Origin: a virus
Virus genome (UHGV): UHGV-0095987
Direction: 5' to 3' (one strand)
DNA length: 35,905 nucleotides
The notes below the pieces were generated by a model that saw only the letters and a program-made list of their open reading frames with translations, was not told the origin of the DNA and did not search any database. Positions 10,446 to 20,612 of this stretch are shown one piece after another (the stretch's first letter is position 1; each line of letters starts with the position of its first letter). The position numbers and the translations under genes are program-made.

Positions 10446-12518
10446 TTACCAGCCTGTAATGTAGTTATCGCCCGCGTAAATATTCAGCCCCATACCATCC
10501 TCGGTGACGCGGGAACTGGTCAGACGTAACCCCTCGCCAAGTTCGACGCGCAGCGAGGCTTCCGCATTGACTTTTTGTTCCTGCGGTTCCTTATCCGTGG
10601 CCGTCCATTTCTGATACAGGTCGGTTACAAAACCGCCCAGATACTCCCCGGCGACACTGCCCAGCGTGGCACCGGCAACCGTACCCAGCGGTCCGGCAAG
10701 GCTGCCAACGGCACCGCCGAGCCATGCACCGGCTGTACTGCCAATTGCGCCTGCTTTTTCATGGGTTGACGCCTGCTCATCCATCAGGACGGGGGCAAGC
10801 TGGAGTGCCCCCATTACCGGGCCACCCAGACGTGACAACGCACGACCGGCACCTTTCCCCATCCAGCCCAGCGCCCCGGCACCTTTCGTCACAACCCGAC
10901 CGATCGCACTGCCTGAAAGTTTGCTTCCGATACCGGAAAACCACCCGCCAACAGCACGCCCGGCATCAGCCAGCTTTCCGACCGTTCCCGTAACCAGTTG
11001 CCCGGCAGCACTGCCTGCAAGCCTGCTCAGAAGACCGGATTTACCGGGTAAAGATAATGGTGCAGGCCGTGCCGTTACCGGTACGCCGGGTGGGGGTAAT
11101 GCCAGTACAGGGCGTGGTGCAGGTAATGCCAGCGGCTGTGGCCCGGACAGCAATAACGGCTGGCGGGGTAACAGCGGGGCCATTCTTCCGCCGCTCCGTC
11201 CGCGACGACCGCCGCCACTCCCGTAGCCACCAAATCCACGGGGCCAGTTGATGACAAACACACGCTGAATGCCGATACCCTGCAACAGCGTCTCAGACGT
11301 CATGGCATCCGGGACCGGCAGACCTGCCTGCCCACGTTTGCGGTTTCGCATCCAGCGCCACATACGACGCCCGGTTTTAAACGGATAACTGGCAACCTGC
11401 CATGAGGGTTTTGCCACGGCCCAGCCTGCTCTCAGGGCTTTATTGGCAAGCCAGACAGACACCAGAACAGCAGCCAGTTTTTTCAGGCTGACAATATTCT
11501 GGTCAACCCATGCCAGCGCATCTTTACCCGGTTTCAGCCAGCGCCATAATTCCTGCGCCGCGATTTTTACCGTTCTGAACGTGGTCAGAAATTTCTGACC
11601 AATGTTTTCTGCCAGTGCGTCAAGTTCCCCGGATTTATCCGCCATGTCGTGCCAGTTAAGCACCCGGCGCATCTCGTTCTTGATTTCTTCAAAGGGGCCG
11701 CTGTTTGCCACCTTTATGCGAAATTCAAGCAGGTTAGCTTCCATCTGGGCGAACATCCCGTCCCAGGAGTTCATCGCACTGGCCTGTGCACCTTTTGACT
11801 GTTCTGACAGCGTTCTGAATACCGTCAGAATGGATTTCATGCCCAGCTTGCCCTTTGTACCCAGATCACGGATTTTTTTAACGTCCGTTCCCGTTGCATC
11901 CGCCAGCGCCTGATAAACGTTGATACCGTAACCGGTCAGCAGGTTGGCATCCGCCGCTGTGATTTGCTGGCGGGCAAACATCTGTTTCAGTTGCAGTGAG
12001 GCACCCTGTGCAGTGGGTAAATCCCAGCCGTGCATGGCCCCCTGATCCTGCAACATGGTGATGAACTGTTTCGTCTGTTCATCCGTCATGCCGAAGCCTT
12101 TCGACGAACGGATCTCATCAAGAACACCACTCAGCCCCCACGTGGTGTCCTTCGCGTTCTGCTTCGCCCAGGCCATCATTGCCTGCGCTCTGGCCTTATC
12201 GCCGTGATACAGCGAGTTCATGGCGATAATCTGCTGTTCACGTTGAGCTGCTGCGCTGATAAACAGTTTATTGGCGGTGTAACCCACCCCGGCAACACCC
12301 AGCGCCCCGGCTGACAGCATTCGGAATGTACGGGTTGAGAGAGAACCCATTCTGTCGATGGCACCAGACACGCGCACCACTTCCATACGCAGGGCACGCA
12401 GGGAACTTTGCCCACTACGGGACAGGGCGTTTATCTGGTTCGAATACTGGCGGGAACGCCGGGAAAGATTGCCATTAAGGTCAATAATGACTGACGCTTT
12501 TAAGCGTTTCCCGGTCAT
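10446..12518 (-). CDS. Y: Tail tape-measure protein (Mu gp42-like)
   Basis: 690-aa ORF between the tail chaperone and N; long alpha-helical N-terminal part, then Pro/Ala-rich linker and Gly-rich hydrophobic repeats. ATG at 12516-12518 preceded by AGGAAA. Confidence 0.8.
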   Translation of the reverse strand: MTGKRLKASVIIDLNGNLSRRSRQYSNQINALSRSGQSSLRALRMEVVRVSGAIDRMGSLSTRTFRMLSAGALGVAGVGYTANKLFISAAAQREQQIIAMNSLYHGDKARAQAMMAWAKQNAKDTTWGLSGVLDEIRSSKGFGMTDEQTKQFITMLQDQGAMHGWDLPTAQGASLQLKQMFARQQITAADANLLTGYGINVYQALADATGTDVKKIRDLGTKGKLGMKSILTVFRTLSEQSKGAQASAMNSWDGMFAQMEANLLEFRIKVANSGPFEEIKNEMRRVLNWHDMADKSGELDALAENIGQKFLTTFRTVKIAAQELWRWLKPGKDALAWVDQNIVSLKKLAAVLVSVWLANKALRAGWAVAKPSWQVASYPFKTGRRMWRWMRNRKRGQAGLPVPDAMTSETLLQGIGIQRVFVINWPRGFGGYGSGGGRRGRSGGRMAPLLPRQPLLLSGPQPLALPAPRPVLALPPPGVPVTARPAPLSLPGKSGLLSRLAGSAAGQLVTGTVGKLADAGRAVGGWFSGIGSKLSGSAIGRVVTKGAGALGWMGKGAGRALSRLGGPVMGALQLAPVLMDEQASTHEKAGAIGSTAGAWLGGAVGSLAGPLGTVAGATLGSVAGEYLGGFVTDLYQKWTATDKEPQEQKVNAEASLRVELGEGLRLTSSRVTEDGMGLNIYAGDNYITGW

Positions 12519-12662
12519 AGATATTTCCTGATTTAACGGTGATATTGAGAGAGGGTTTTAGCCTGCTGGCAGTGCCGGAAAAAGCGGGACAGCGGGAGAG
12601 ACAAGGCCCATTCCGGGCCACTTTTCAGAATAACGCCAATCGCTGTCGCCGCTTTCTCAATA

Positions 12663-13097
12663 TCATTCCGGCACCGCAGCCACTCGCCCCCGTTCTTGCG
12701 TCAGCGATGCCGCCACAGCCATGTCGTGCATCTCTGTAGCCAGCGACAGACGCTGGAAGTCATCAACAGACAGCTTGCGCATCAGCGCCAGCGATAACGG
12801 GCCTTTGATGCAACCCACGCTGGCAATCTGTCGGCGCAGCATTTCCAGTCCCATCCGGGACGGGGAACTGACCAGCACCGGGCCTTCCTTGCTCATTACC
12901 AGCTTTTCAGCAGCCGCCTGGGCATCAATCAGATCGCCTGCGGTCAGTTCACGCAGTGTGACGTCATACTGCATTTCAGTCTCGTCACCGGTGCCGAACG
13001 GCAGGCCGTCTTTCAGTTTCAGCCCACCGGACTGAAGCTCCGCCACAATACTGTCACGCAGTTCCTGTGCTTCAGGACTTAAATTCATTTCGTCCAT
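12663..13097 (-). CDS. Tail assembly protein (Mu gp41-like)
   Basis: 144-aa acidic ORF between tail tube and tape measure, the usual position of a tail assembly chaperone. Confidence 0.5.
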   Translation of the reverse strand: MDEMNLSPEAQELRDSIVAELQSGGLKLKDGLPFGTGDETEMQYDVTLRELTAGDLIDAQAAAEKLVMSKEGPVLVSSPSRMGLEMLRRQIASVGCIKGPLSLALMRKLSVDDFQRLSLATEMHDMAVAASLTQERGRVAAVPE

Positions 13098-13106
13098 TGT
13101 TTCCCC

Positions 13107-13463
13107 TTATGCAATGCGTTTGCTTTGTTTTGCCATCAGTACCAGCGAAATTTCGCCGCCGTCGTTTTTCGGTTCATCTGCCTGCCAGGCATTCGCCATC
13201 ATCCAGGTTTCCCCGGTATCTGCCTGAAACTCTGCCGTGATATTTTCCCAGCCGATGATTTCATCCAGACCGATATCACCACCGCCCGGAATTTTGCATT
13301 CCAGCTTTGCGGCACGTGGTTTACCTTTCCAGCCATAAACCCGCGAGCCGGTCACTTCTTCACGGGTGATGCCGGAAGGTGTGAAGGAGGCCCCCTCCAT
13401 CGTTTCAAGCTCCATGCCATTGACACGGATGAACGCCACCCCCTGACGCTGATTTCCAGCCAT
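13107..13463 (-). CDS. M: Tail tube protein (Mu gp40-like)
   Basis: 118-aa ORF immediately after the sheath gene. Confidence 0.7.
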   Translation of the reverse strand: MAGNQRQGVAFIRVNGMELETMEGASFTPSGITREEVTGSRVYGWKGKPRAAKLECKIPGGGDIGLDEIIGWENITAEFQADTGETWMMANAWQADEPKNDGGEISLVLMAKQSKRIA

Positions 13464-13472
13464 AAATGCTCC

Positions 13473-14960
13473 TTACAGAATGAACTGAACTTGTGCCGCG
13501 AAAATGCGGAACTGGTTAATCAGATTCGGGCCGCACAGCACATCAAGACGGTCTTTGTCATCGCTGTTACGTGCAACGTACAGCTCCTCTTTGAACGTGT
13601 CGAAATCCTCAACCAGCCCGGCGCTTTCCCACTCTTCAAACAGTGCCAGCAGCTCCGTTTTGATCACGGATGGCGTCACCACGGCCTGACCAGTGGCAAA
13701 GCGGGTGCCATCACTTGCCAGTTTGTAGTTCGGGAATTTCTGCGTGATGCGGGTTCGCAGCGAATAACGTAGATAACTCAGCGTGGCGATGGTATTCACG
13801 TTCAGATAAGACGGATCGCTGTCACCGTACTTGTTTGTGCGGTACATCGTGATCATGCGTTCAATCTGCATTTCACCACCATCATTCACGTTAAACGTGG
13901 AGATGCCGTCAAACAGCAGGGCATTACGTTCTGACCAGGTGAAACGATCACCCACCGCAGGCGGCATTCTTCCGGGCAGCGTCAGCGTCTGGAGCGGACG
14001 TGCCGGGTCGATGGAAAGCGCCTGACTGGCAACGGCACACAGTGTGGCGGCGTACAGATATGACGGTTCCGGTGCACCGGCAATTCCCATACAGGAGATC
14101 AGATGGTCGTTACGACTGACACCAAACGTGGAAATGTCCCCATACGTGCCGGACAACACCGTTACTGCAAAGCCATCAGCCTGATTGACCGGCCCCCAGC
14201 GTTCCTGCAATTCAGTGCGTAACAGATTCAGGTTTGGTTCATCGGTGTAAGGCATCACAATATATTTGTATTGCAGATCACCCATCCCCGCGATGCTGGC
14301 GCTGATATCCGGGTTGTTGTTTTTCCCGGATGCGGCTTTGAATGCCGTGATAATCCCGTAAGGGGTGGTTTCACCCGCGTAATAGTTCCAGCGCACATCC
14401 ACGGCAGATAATGCACCCGTAAATTTTGCACTCAGAACCACATCTGCATGGGTGTCATCATCCCCGCTGTCTGCGCGAACTTCTGCCGTCACCGGTAAAT
14501 CAGGCTGGCCTTTGATTCGGGCAACCAGCAGGTCAGCCAGCGCCGCTCCCGTTGCACCTGCTGCGACAGATACCGCCAGTCGCTGACCGGCAATGTAAGT
14601 CACAAGCGAGCCGTTTTCGCCTGCCGTTCCTGACAGTGAGATTTCACCGACAGCAGCATTACCGGTGCCGTTCCCCTGCGGGATACACCACAGCTCCGCC
14701 ACGCGGTTAGCGTTCAGGAATGCATCTGCCATCAGTGCCAGCATGGAACCCTGACCAAACGCCGCACTGGCCTGTGAGCCGGAACGGATACGGACAGGCA
14801 CGTTTGGTGCCGCACTGGCTTTACTTCCGCTTTGCCCGAACATCAGCACGCGCTGACGGGGTGCCGGTGTTCCGCTGACGGCATTACTGTTATCAAATTC
14901 GATATACGTCAGGGGAACGCGAACATCTGACGGGATCGCGTTAAATGAAATATCGCTCAT
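13473..14960 (-). CDS. L: Contractile tail sheath protein (Mu gp39-like)
   Basis: 495-aa ORF followed by the tube gene; canonical sheath-tube pair. Confidence 0.8.
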   Translation of the reverse strand: MSDISFNAIPSDVRVPLTYIEFDNSNAVSGTPAPRQRVLMFGQSGSKASAAPNVPVRIRSGSQASAAFGQGSMLALMADAFLNANRVAELWCIPQGNGTGNAAVGEISLSGTAGENGSLVTYIAGQRLAVSVAAGATGAALADLLVARIKGQPDLPVTAEVRADSGDDDTHADVVLSAKFTGALSAVDVRWNYYAGETTPYGIITAFKAASGKNNNPDISASIAGMGDLQYKYIVMPYTDEPNLNLLRTELQERWGPVNQADGFAVTVLSGTYGDISTFGVSRNDHLISCMGIAGAPEPSYLYAATLCAVASQALSIDPARPLQTLTLPGRMPPAVGDRFTWSERNALLFDGISTFNVNDGGEMQIERMITMYRTNKYGDSDPSYLNVNTIATLSYLRYSLRTRITQKFPNYKLASDGTRFATGQAVVTPSVIKTELLALFEEWESAGLVEDFDTFKEELYVARNSDDKDRLDVLCGPNLINQFRIFAAQVQFIL

Positions 14961-15163
14961 TTCGATTTACTCCGTTTTTTCGGCGCAGCGTCGGTATCAT
15001 CCGCCGTGTTTTCGGTGCTCCCGACTTCAACCACATCACCGGCTGCAAGGCGACGTATCCAGAAACTGTTACGGGGCTTTTCTTCTCCCTCCGGAGCCAG
15101 TAATTTCATCGTGAGCGGGTCACGGATGGCTTTTCCCGCTGCGGGTTTAATTTTCAGCATCAT
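14957..15163 (-). CDS. Small hypothetical protein (Mu gp38-like)
   Basis: 68-aa ORF with ATGA-type overlaps to both neighbours; basic C-terminus. Confidence 0.45.
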   Translation of the reverse strand: MMLKIKPAAGKAIRDPLTMKLLAPEGEEKPRNSFWIRRLAAGDVVEVGSTENTADDTDAAPKKRSKSK

Positions 15164-15695
15164 GATCCTTTTCCTGATTCACATTGATATGTGCGGCAAA
15201 TTCCGGGGTTTCGTCCGGGAATTTCCAGGTCTGCCAGTGACGCTCGTAATCATCCAGCGAATCCATGTCCACCACGGACGGCAGCGGGGTAGTGCCACTG
15301 AACAGAACGCCGTAAAGCACCACACCGGCATTGATACGGTTGTCGTCACAAAGATTTCTGACCTGCGTCAGTCTCATCCCGGTGGTCGGGCCAAACGTCT
15401 GACCGTTAACACCGGCAATCAGTCGCTCCACAATCTGATAAATACCGGGCCGGTTTACCGGTTCCCCGTTCAGCAACTCCGCCACGACAAAAAATGCCCA
15501 GCGACTTTCAACTTCCCGACGCGTACGCCCCTCACCACAGCCCATCCATGCCAGAAATACCGATGGCGGGGCCAGAAAGAGACGGTGCACATCCTCGTTA
15601 GTCCATGTGCCGGTAAGGGGTTCTACCTGCCGCAGGGTTGCCCCAAACAACTCACGAACGCGCGCCAGCAGTGCGGCTTCGGTTTCTTCCAGCAT
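15147..15695 (-). CDS. K: Head-tail joining / tail terminator-like protein (Mu gp37-like)
   Basis: 182-aa ORF between head and tail blocks; assigned by position. Confidence 0.5.
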   Translation of the reverse strand: MLEETEAALLARVRELFGATLRQVEPLTGTWTNEDVHRLFLAPPSVFLAWMGCGEGRTRREVESRWAFFVVAELLNGEPVNRPGIYQIVERLIAGVNGQTFGPTTGMRLTQVRNLCDDNRINAGVVLYGVLFSGTTPLPSVVDMDSLDDYERHWQTWKFPDETPEFAAHINVNQEKDHDAEN

Positions 15696-16120
15696 CAGAT
15701 AAACCCCTTCTGTTTTCGTGAGAAGACCGGCGCGTCAGACTGCACCTGCACAAGGTTTTCACCATCCGGCGAGGCTGCCGTCCTGCTTTCCACGCCGGGA
15801 TCTGTTTTGCCATCGCGCACCTGTTCCAGCCAGCGCACTGTGTCCCTGTAGGCAGCGGTGATCTGCTCGGTGGGTTGTGATTCATTCAGATAAAACCAGG
15901 CCACCACGCAACACTGCCGTTTCAGCAGTGAGGGGACGACGGTAAGCGGCAGAACAAAGCGCGCGGCGAGATAGCCATCAATAAAGGCCGAAGCATCTGC
16001 CAGTGCCTGTTCTGCCACGGCATCATCCGGCTGCCCGTCCGCTGTTTTAGGGCGGGTGAGAATATCCAGCCGCGTACGTGTATAGCGGGCGCACAGGTCA
16101 TTTACCGTCGCGTAATTCAT
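15695..16120 (-). CDS. J: Head completion / neck protein (Mu gp36-like)
   Basis: 141-aa ORF in the head-tail connector block; assigned by position. Confidence 0.5.
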   Translation of the reverse strand: MNYATVNDLCARYTRTRLDILTRPKTADGQPDDAVAEQALADASAFIDGYLAARFVLPLTVVPSLLKRQCCVVAWFYLNESQPTEQITAAYRDTVRWLEQVRDGKTDPGVESRTAASPDGENLVQVQSDAPVFSRKQKGFI

Positions 16121-16527
16121 GCATCCGCCTCAGCCAGCGCCGCTTTGATTTGCGCACTGCTCACCGGTTCCCCCAGCGCCGCACTGACGGCTTTCACTTT
16201 GGGTTCTCCCCCTGCGGTAAAGTGCTCCGGGTTTGCCTTATCCAGACCGGCAACGGTCGCACGGATACGGGTATTCAGATCGCCCACACCCAGAACGTCC
16301 AGCCCCCCAGCCTCAGCGAGCGTTTCTGCTGACGATGCAGATACCACAGACAGCACGCTGTCGGCACGAATGATCGCCAGTTGTTCTTCGGTGACTTCCA
16401 CGGTGTTTTCGCCACGTGTAAAGGCGATTCCGGCGCGGCGGTAGACCGGACGAAGGCATTTAATAATCGCCGTGCAAGTGATGCGAGAAGTGTCCAGCCG
16501 TTGTGAATTAAGCGAAGTGCCTGACAT
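16117..16527 (-). CDS. Hypothetical head protein (Mu gp35-like)
   Basis: 136-aa ORF directly downstream of the major capsid gene and its hairpin; possibly a decoration or completion protein. Confidence 0.45.
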   Translation of the reverse strand: MSGTSLNSQRLDTSRITCTAIIKCLRPVYRRAGIAFTRGENTVEVTEEQLAIIRADSVLSVVSASSAETLAEAGGLDVLGVGDLNTRIRATVAGLDKANPEHFTAGGEPKVKAVSAALGEPVSSAQIKAALAEADA

Positions 16528-16557
16528 AACACATGCTCCTCCTTTTCCTTTAAATCA

Positions 16558-16590
16558 GATTAAAAGGCGGTCTGAACCGCCTTTTAATGA
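16558..16590 (-). terminator. Hairpin terminator/attenuator downstream of the major capsid gene
   Basis: aaaaggcgg-tctgaa-ccgcctttt hairpin flanked by A/T runs in the 66-bp gap after the T stop codon. Confidence 0.55.
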
Positions 16591-16593
16591 CGG

Positions 16594-17511
16594 TTACAGG
16601 TAGTCAGCGACAACCAGTTGCAGCTTGCCCTTCATCTCGTTGGAGACGGTGGTATTGCCATCCGCGAACAGTTCACGGTTAAGCAGTTGCTCTGCGGCTT
16701 TTTCCAGCCCGACCGGTACAACGATATGCGTCGGCTTCAGGCCCAGTTTCTTACCGCCATCACCTTCAAAAGAGCGCATCAGTTGCCAGCCCTTCCAGAG
16801 GTTATCCAGCGTCAGATCGCCTTTTACCGCGACAGCCATCTGCCAGAAGCCGTAACCGGCAGCACGCCGGGCGCTGGCACCAAACAGGAACTCGTTATCC
16901 ATAAAAACGTGGTCGTCATCGATACGGGTACGTGCGACCAGTTCCGGTTTGCGGCGCTCCTGGAAAATCAGCGGTTTGACTGCGCGGGAGCAGTCCAGCA
17001 GATAGAATGGCAGGCCGCTGAAGCTGTCCTGCTCAACGATGTTGGAGGTATTAACCGCGCTGCCCGTGCCATCCACATTCGGATATACCGGATGCTCCTT
17101 GTCGAAGAAGTTCTGACCGTCATAGCAGGGCTGGGTAAAGCCATCTTTCAGAAGTTTAAAAATCAGCTCATCTGGCTGAACTGCCGCAGAACGACCCATC
17201 TCCTGAAAAATCGGCGCATAAATACCCAGATTGTCATCCTCGAAGTCATCACGGGAAATACCCACGGTGCCTTCAAACGTTTTATTGGCGATGGAGTAGC
17301 CATGCGCTTCCATTTGCTGAATGGTTCGCTTACCCACCCATTCTTTCAGGGTCGGGAATTTACCCAGCCAGCCATAGGTATTACTGCGGGTGGAAGAGTT
17401 CACCACCATTGCAATTTTGCTGTACTGCGACGGGGCGTCTTCAAGACCGCCCTGAAAATCCTTACGCCAGGAGGTCATCAGGGCTTTAATGGATGCCGGG
17501 GTGACAATCAT
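16594..17511 (-). CDS. T: Major capsid protein (Mu gp34-like)
   Basis: 305-aa ORF immediately after the protease/scaffold gene, followed by a terminator hairpin. Confidence 0.8.
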   Translation of the reverse strand: MIVTPASIKALMTSWRKDFQGGLEDAPSQYSKIAMVVNSSTRSNTYGWLGKFPTLKEWVGKRTIQQMEAHGYSIANKTFEGTVGISRDDFEDDNLGIYAPIFQEMGRSAAVQPDELIFKLLKDGFTQPCYDGQNFFDKEHPVYPNVDGTGSAVNTSNIVEQDSFSGLPFYLLDCSRAVKPLIFQERRKPELVARTRIDDDHVFMDNEFLFGASARRAAGYGFWQMAVAVKGDLTLDNLWKGWQLMRSFEGDGGKKLGLKPTHIVVPVGLEKAAEQLLNRELFADGNTTVSNEMKGKLQLVVADYL

Positions 17512-18593
17512 TTTTCTTGTTCCTGTTTCATTTTCAGATACTCAGCCTCAGTAATGCCGAGCGCCTTCACTGCTGCCTGTTCATCAGCAGACAGCACCGC
17601 CACCGCCGGTTTTTCCTGCGACGGGATTTTCGCTGTGGTGGTCTGCATGGCAGATAACGCAGCGATGGGCTGTTTTTTCTCAAGCTGTGCCGACAGTGCC
17701 GCCACGCCAATCTGACCGCCAAGCTGTTCCAGATAGGTACGTTCGCTTTTGAAAATGCGGCCTTCCTGTTCCGCCTTGTCCAGAACGGCGCTCAGGCTGG
17801 CTGTGGCGCTTTGTGCAGTCGCTTGTGCCAGTTCATCACGCAGGGCGTTGTAGCTTTCCACCGGGACGTATTTCGTCAGGTCAACGGCGGCTTTCTGTGC
17901 CTTTTCCAGTTCGGCGGATAACGACGCCACTTTTCCGGCATCTGTTTCGAGCGCATCAAGCGCACTCAGGGCCGCGCTGGCCTGTTCATCGGTGATGTCT
18001 GCATTTTCGGGGACCGTCACCCCAAGACGCGCAAGCAGCTTGCGCAGCGTTTCATTCATGGGTTTGTTCTCCTGTTGAAGGATGTCGGGAAGGTCTGCCG
18101 CCAGTGCGGTCAGCTTTTTCATGCCGGTGGCACCGGGGTCATTGGTCAGCGCAGCAAGGCGGATTTGCAGCACCGCACCGGTGGCGGTGTCATACGGAAA
18201 AACCGCAGAGAGATAACCAAATTCGCCGTCATCGATGCGCTGCTGTGCCGCCGCCGTCCAGCGTGGGTGGATAAATAATCCTTCACCTTCACGCCACTGC
18301 ATTTCATCGGCGTTAAACCAGCCAGCCGCGACGAGTTGTTCCGGGGGTAATCCTTTGTCCTTACGTAGCTGGTTATGCTCGTAATCAATCAGCACGTCCT
18401 GGTTGAGCGCGCGAACGCCTTCAACCAGACGCCCGGCAATCTCACCGTCGATGAACCACCCCTGACCACCTGTCACATCAAACGGGCGACCATCACGGGC
18501 ACTGAAATGACCGGCAGGCAATAGCTGGCACCAGCCGTCATCGTCAATGGACAGCGCACTCAGTGCGGCAATGCCAATCGCGTGTTTTTTCAT
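17508..18593 (-). CDS. I: Head protease I with nested C-terminal scaffold Z (Mu gp32/gp33-like)
   Basis: 361-aa ORF; C-terminal third is Ala/Glu/Gln/Leu-rich coiled-coil-like, as expected for a scaffold domain; precedes the capsid gene. Confidence 0.75.
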   Translation of the reverse strand: MKKHAIGIAALSALSIDDDGWCQLLPAGHFSARDGRPFDVTGGQGWFIDGEIAGRLVEGVRALNQDVLIDYEHNQLRKDKGLPPEQLVAAGWFNADEMQWREGEGLFIHPRWTAAAQQRIDDGEFGYLSAVFPYDTATGAVLQIRLAALTNDPGATGMKKLTALAADLPDILQQENKPMNETLRKLLARLGVTVPENADITDEQASAALSALDALETDAGKVASLSAELEKAQKAAVDLTKYVPVESYNALRDELAQATAQSATASLSAVLDKAEQEGRIFKSERTYLEQLGGQIGVAALSAQLEKKQPIAALSAMQTTTAKIPSQEKPAVAVLSADEQAAVKALGITEAEYLKMKQEQEK

Positions 18594-18789
18594 GTCCTGC
18601 TGCTCATCATGGTTTGTGAGCAGTCAGTTTGCGGGAGGTGCGGGGAAATCTGGGGTTATGCTATTTGAGTACTGGAGAAAGAAAGTGGAAGGAAGATAAA
18701 ACGGGATTCATACACCGTTAAATACCGGTTTAAAAATCCCGTGGCGCGTTTTAAAAAATCTGTGCGGCTGATTTCATGTCTGATTCAGT
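18594..18789 (-). promoter_or_regulatory. G-I intergenic region: PI late promoter and probable central strong gyrase site
   Basis: 196-bp non-coding gap, the largest in the late region. Minus strand carries cagattttttaaaacg (T6 run plus -10-like), matching the Plys and Pmom architecture. Mu's strong gyrase site is known to lie between G and I near the genome centre. Confidence 0.6.
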
Positions 18790-19260
18790 TTATTGCCTCA
18801 GAGCGGCGCTGACGCGTTTTCTGATGGCATCAAAAATTTCCTGTTCCCCGGTCTTATCCAGCCCCATATAAGGACGCGCAGGAACGCCTGCCGGGCGGGG
18901 TGCCATATCGGGTGTACCGCCCCACTGATGAATGGCAGCATAAATTTTTGGCGAACCAATCAGGGCATAATCCTGTCCATAATCGGTGGTAATGCTGCGT
19001 GCCAGATCGCCATGCAGGGTAAGGATACTGCCCGGAACAAAACCATGATCCTGACGCCATGCCAGCCACGAATCGCTCCACGCTTCCCAGCCTTTCCCTG
19101 TATCCGGGTCTGCCTGCCGTTCAAATGCCTGTTCCGTGGATGACAGCAGCGCCGCAGCCATCACACGGGGAATGACGCGGTCACGTGTGACGGTTCCCAG
19201 TTCATCCAGCGCAAGCTGAATACGTCGCACATCCACGGCAACGTTCATATCAAGACTCAC
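18790..19260 (-). CDS. G: Virion morphogenesis protein G (Mu gp31-like)
   Basis: 156-aa ORF between F and the G-I gap. Confidence 0.7.
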   Translation of the reverse strand: MSLDMNVAVDVRRIQLALDELGTVTRDRVIPRVMAAALLSSTEQAFERQADPDTGKGWEAWSDSWLAWRQDHGFVPGSILTLHGDLARSITTDYGQDYALIGSPKIYAAIHQWGGTPDMAPRPAGVPARPYMGLDKTGEQEIFDAIRKRVSAALRQ

Positions 19261-20612
19261 TTATTCACCTCCACATGCCCCTCCAGTATGTCAATCATCC
19301 CGTCAGCAATCGCGGCTTCAAGCGACTGTGCAGATACGCGGCTGATACTGACCAGCACATCCGCCCGGTCATTCTGCCTGCCGACTGTCTGTGATGTTCT
19401 GACCACAATCCGGGCCGTGCCGTCACGGGTTGCCACAACATACAGCAACTGGTGGTTCTCCCTGTCCCACAATACCGCCTGTGGTTTTGCCATCAGCGAC
19501 GGCAGACGCTGTAAATCTTCCGTTTTCAGGGCGGCATCAGCAGTGGTCGCCAGACTTTTCCCGTTCATTACAAGCAGACGGGCTGGCATATTCCCGGTGC
19601 GCTGATATACGGCTTCAGCCACGGATCCCGTCATAAAACCCAGCGCCCGGATTTCATGACCGGTCTGACGTGATCCTGCCAGGCGTTTAAGCCAGAGGGA
19701 AAAAGCAAGCTGACGCTCCCGGCTGTTATTCAGTGTCTGCACAACCTGCTCACGCAGCTGCGCGTCGTGAATTTCCACCAGTTTTCGAATCAGTGCCTGA
19801 TCCGTACCAAATGCCGCCGAACCAGGGTTATATGACCAGCCTACATCCGGCGTCATTTTTACCCGACCGTTGTCAAACGTGGTTGACGATGTGCGGAAAA
19901 TCTCTCCGGTGCTTTCATCCGTACCGGCATCCACTTCGCGGGTATTCATGAATGACGCACCATAACTGACCTGTAGCCCCAGTTCTTTCATGCGGGCCGC
20001 AGACAGCGCCCGGACGCGACAGCGGCAGTTCCAGCCATTGGGCGGGTAATGCGTCTGCCAGAAAATGTCGTCATACCGGAAAACCATATTGTGCAGCCGC
20101 GCATGTTCCGGGCGTGTTCTGCCATCCATAACGGCAACGTACTGCCAGTACGGGTACAAATCGGCGGTATTCATCATCTGCGCATAACGTCCTGCCCCAT
20201 ACGCCGTACGGGTATTGACGTTATAAATGGTTGCCAGACGACGCGGACTGCCCAGCTCGATTACCTTCGCATTTCCGTCTGCATCCACGATGATTTGTTT
20301 TCCCCACCATCCGAGTTTTTGCAGCCGGGGGGCCAGTGTGCGGGTAAATTCCTCACGGGTGATGCCTTCACTGACAGCCCGCTCCACTTCCTCACGGATT
20401 GTGGTCAGGACATCCATCCGGGTGGCTTTGGCAACGGTAAAGGCGCGGGCGTGCGCGTCTGCCAGTTGTTCGTACCAGTTCCAGGTGATGTTGTAGCCTT
20501 TGGCGCGGAAATACGCGACAGCCTCCTTTGGCGGGAGGCGTGCGGCATACGCCAGATCAATGGTCTGCTGCGGCATCCAGACGCCCCCATATATCGGCAA
20601 CAAAAATGGCAC
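19257..20612 (-). CDS. F: Head morphogenesis protein F (Mu gp30-like); true start probably internal
   Basis: 451-aa longest ORF downstream of portal; its 5' end overlaps the portal 3' end by about 55 nt, so an internal start is likely. Confidence 0.65.
   Translation of the reverse strand: MPFLLPIYGGVWMPQQTIDLAYAARLPPKEAVAYFRAKGYNITWNWYEQLADAHARAFTVAKATRMDVLTTIREEVERAVSEGITREEFTRTLAPRLQKLGWWGKQIIVDADGNAKVIELGSPRRLATIYNVNTRTAYGAGRYAQMMNTADLYPYWQYVAVMDGRTRPEHARLHNMVFRYDDIFWQTHYPPNGWNCRCRVRALSAARMKELGLQVSYGASFMNTREVDAGTDESTGEIFRTSSTTFDNGRVKMTPDVGWSYNPGSAAFGTDQALIRKLVEIHDAQLREQVVQTLNNSRERQLAFSLWLKRLAGSRQTGHEIRALGFMTGSVAEAVYQRTGNMPARLLVMNGKSLATTADAALKTEDLQRLPSLMAKPQAVLWDRENHQLLYVVATRDGTARIVVRTSQTVGRQNDRADVLVSISRVSAQSLEAAIADGMIDILEGHVEVNK

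Noticed and set aside
12519-12740. Possible programmed -1 frameshift at the end of the tail chaperone gene
   Set aside because: The -1 frame stays open for only about 17 codons past the stop, and no X-XXY-YYZ slippery heptamer is present at the gene's 3' end.
13125-13772. 215-aa plus-strand ORF overlapping the tail tube and sheath genes; similar plus-strand ORFs at 15006-15851, 24550-25425, 7250-7870 and 8768-9313
   Set aside because: All are antisense to tightly packed structural genes with conserved order, and none has a convincing start context.
16618-17715. 365-aa plus-strand ORF antisense to the major capsid and protease genes
   Set aside because: It lies entirely within well-supported minus-strand genes, has no RBS, and its sequence is low-complexity; long antisense ORFs are common in GC-rich coding DNA.
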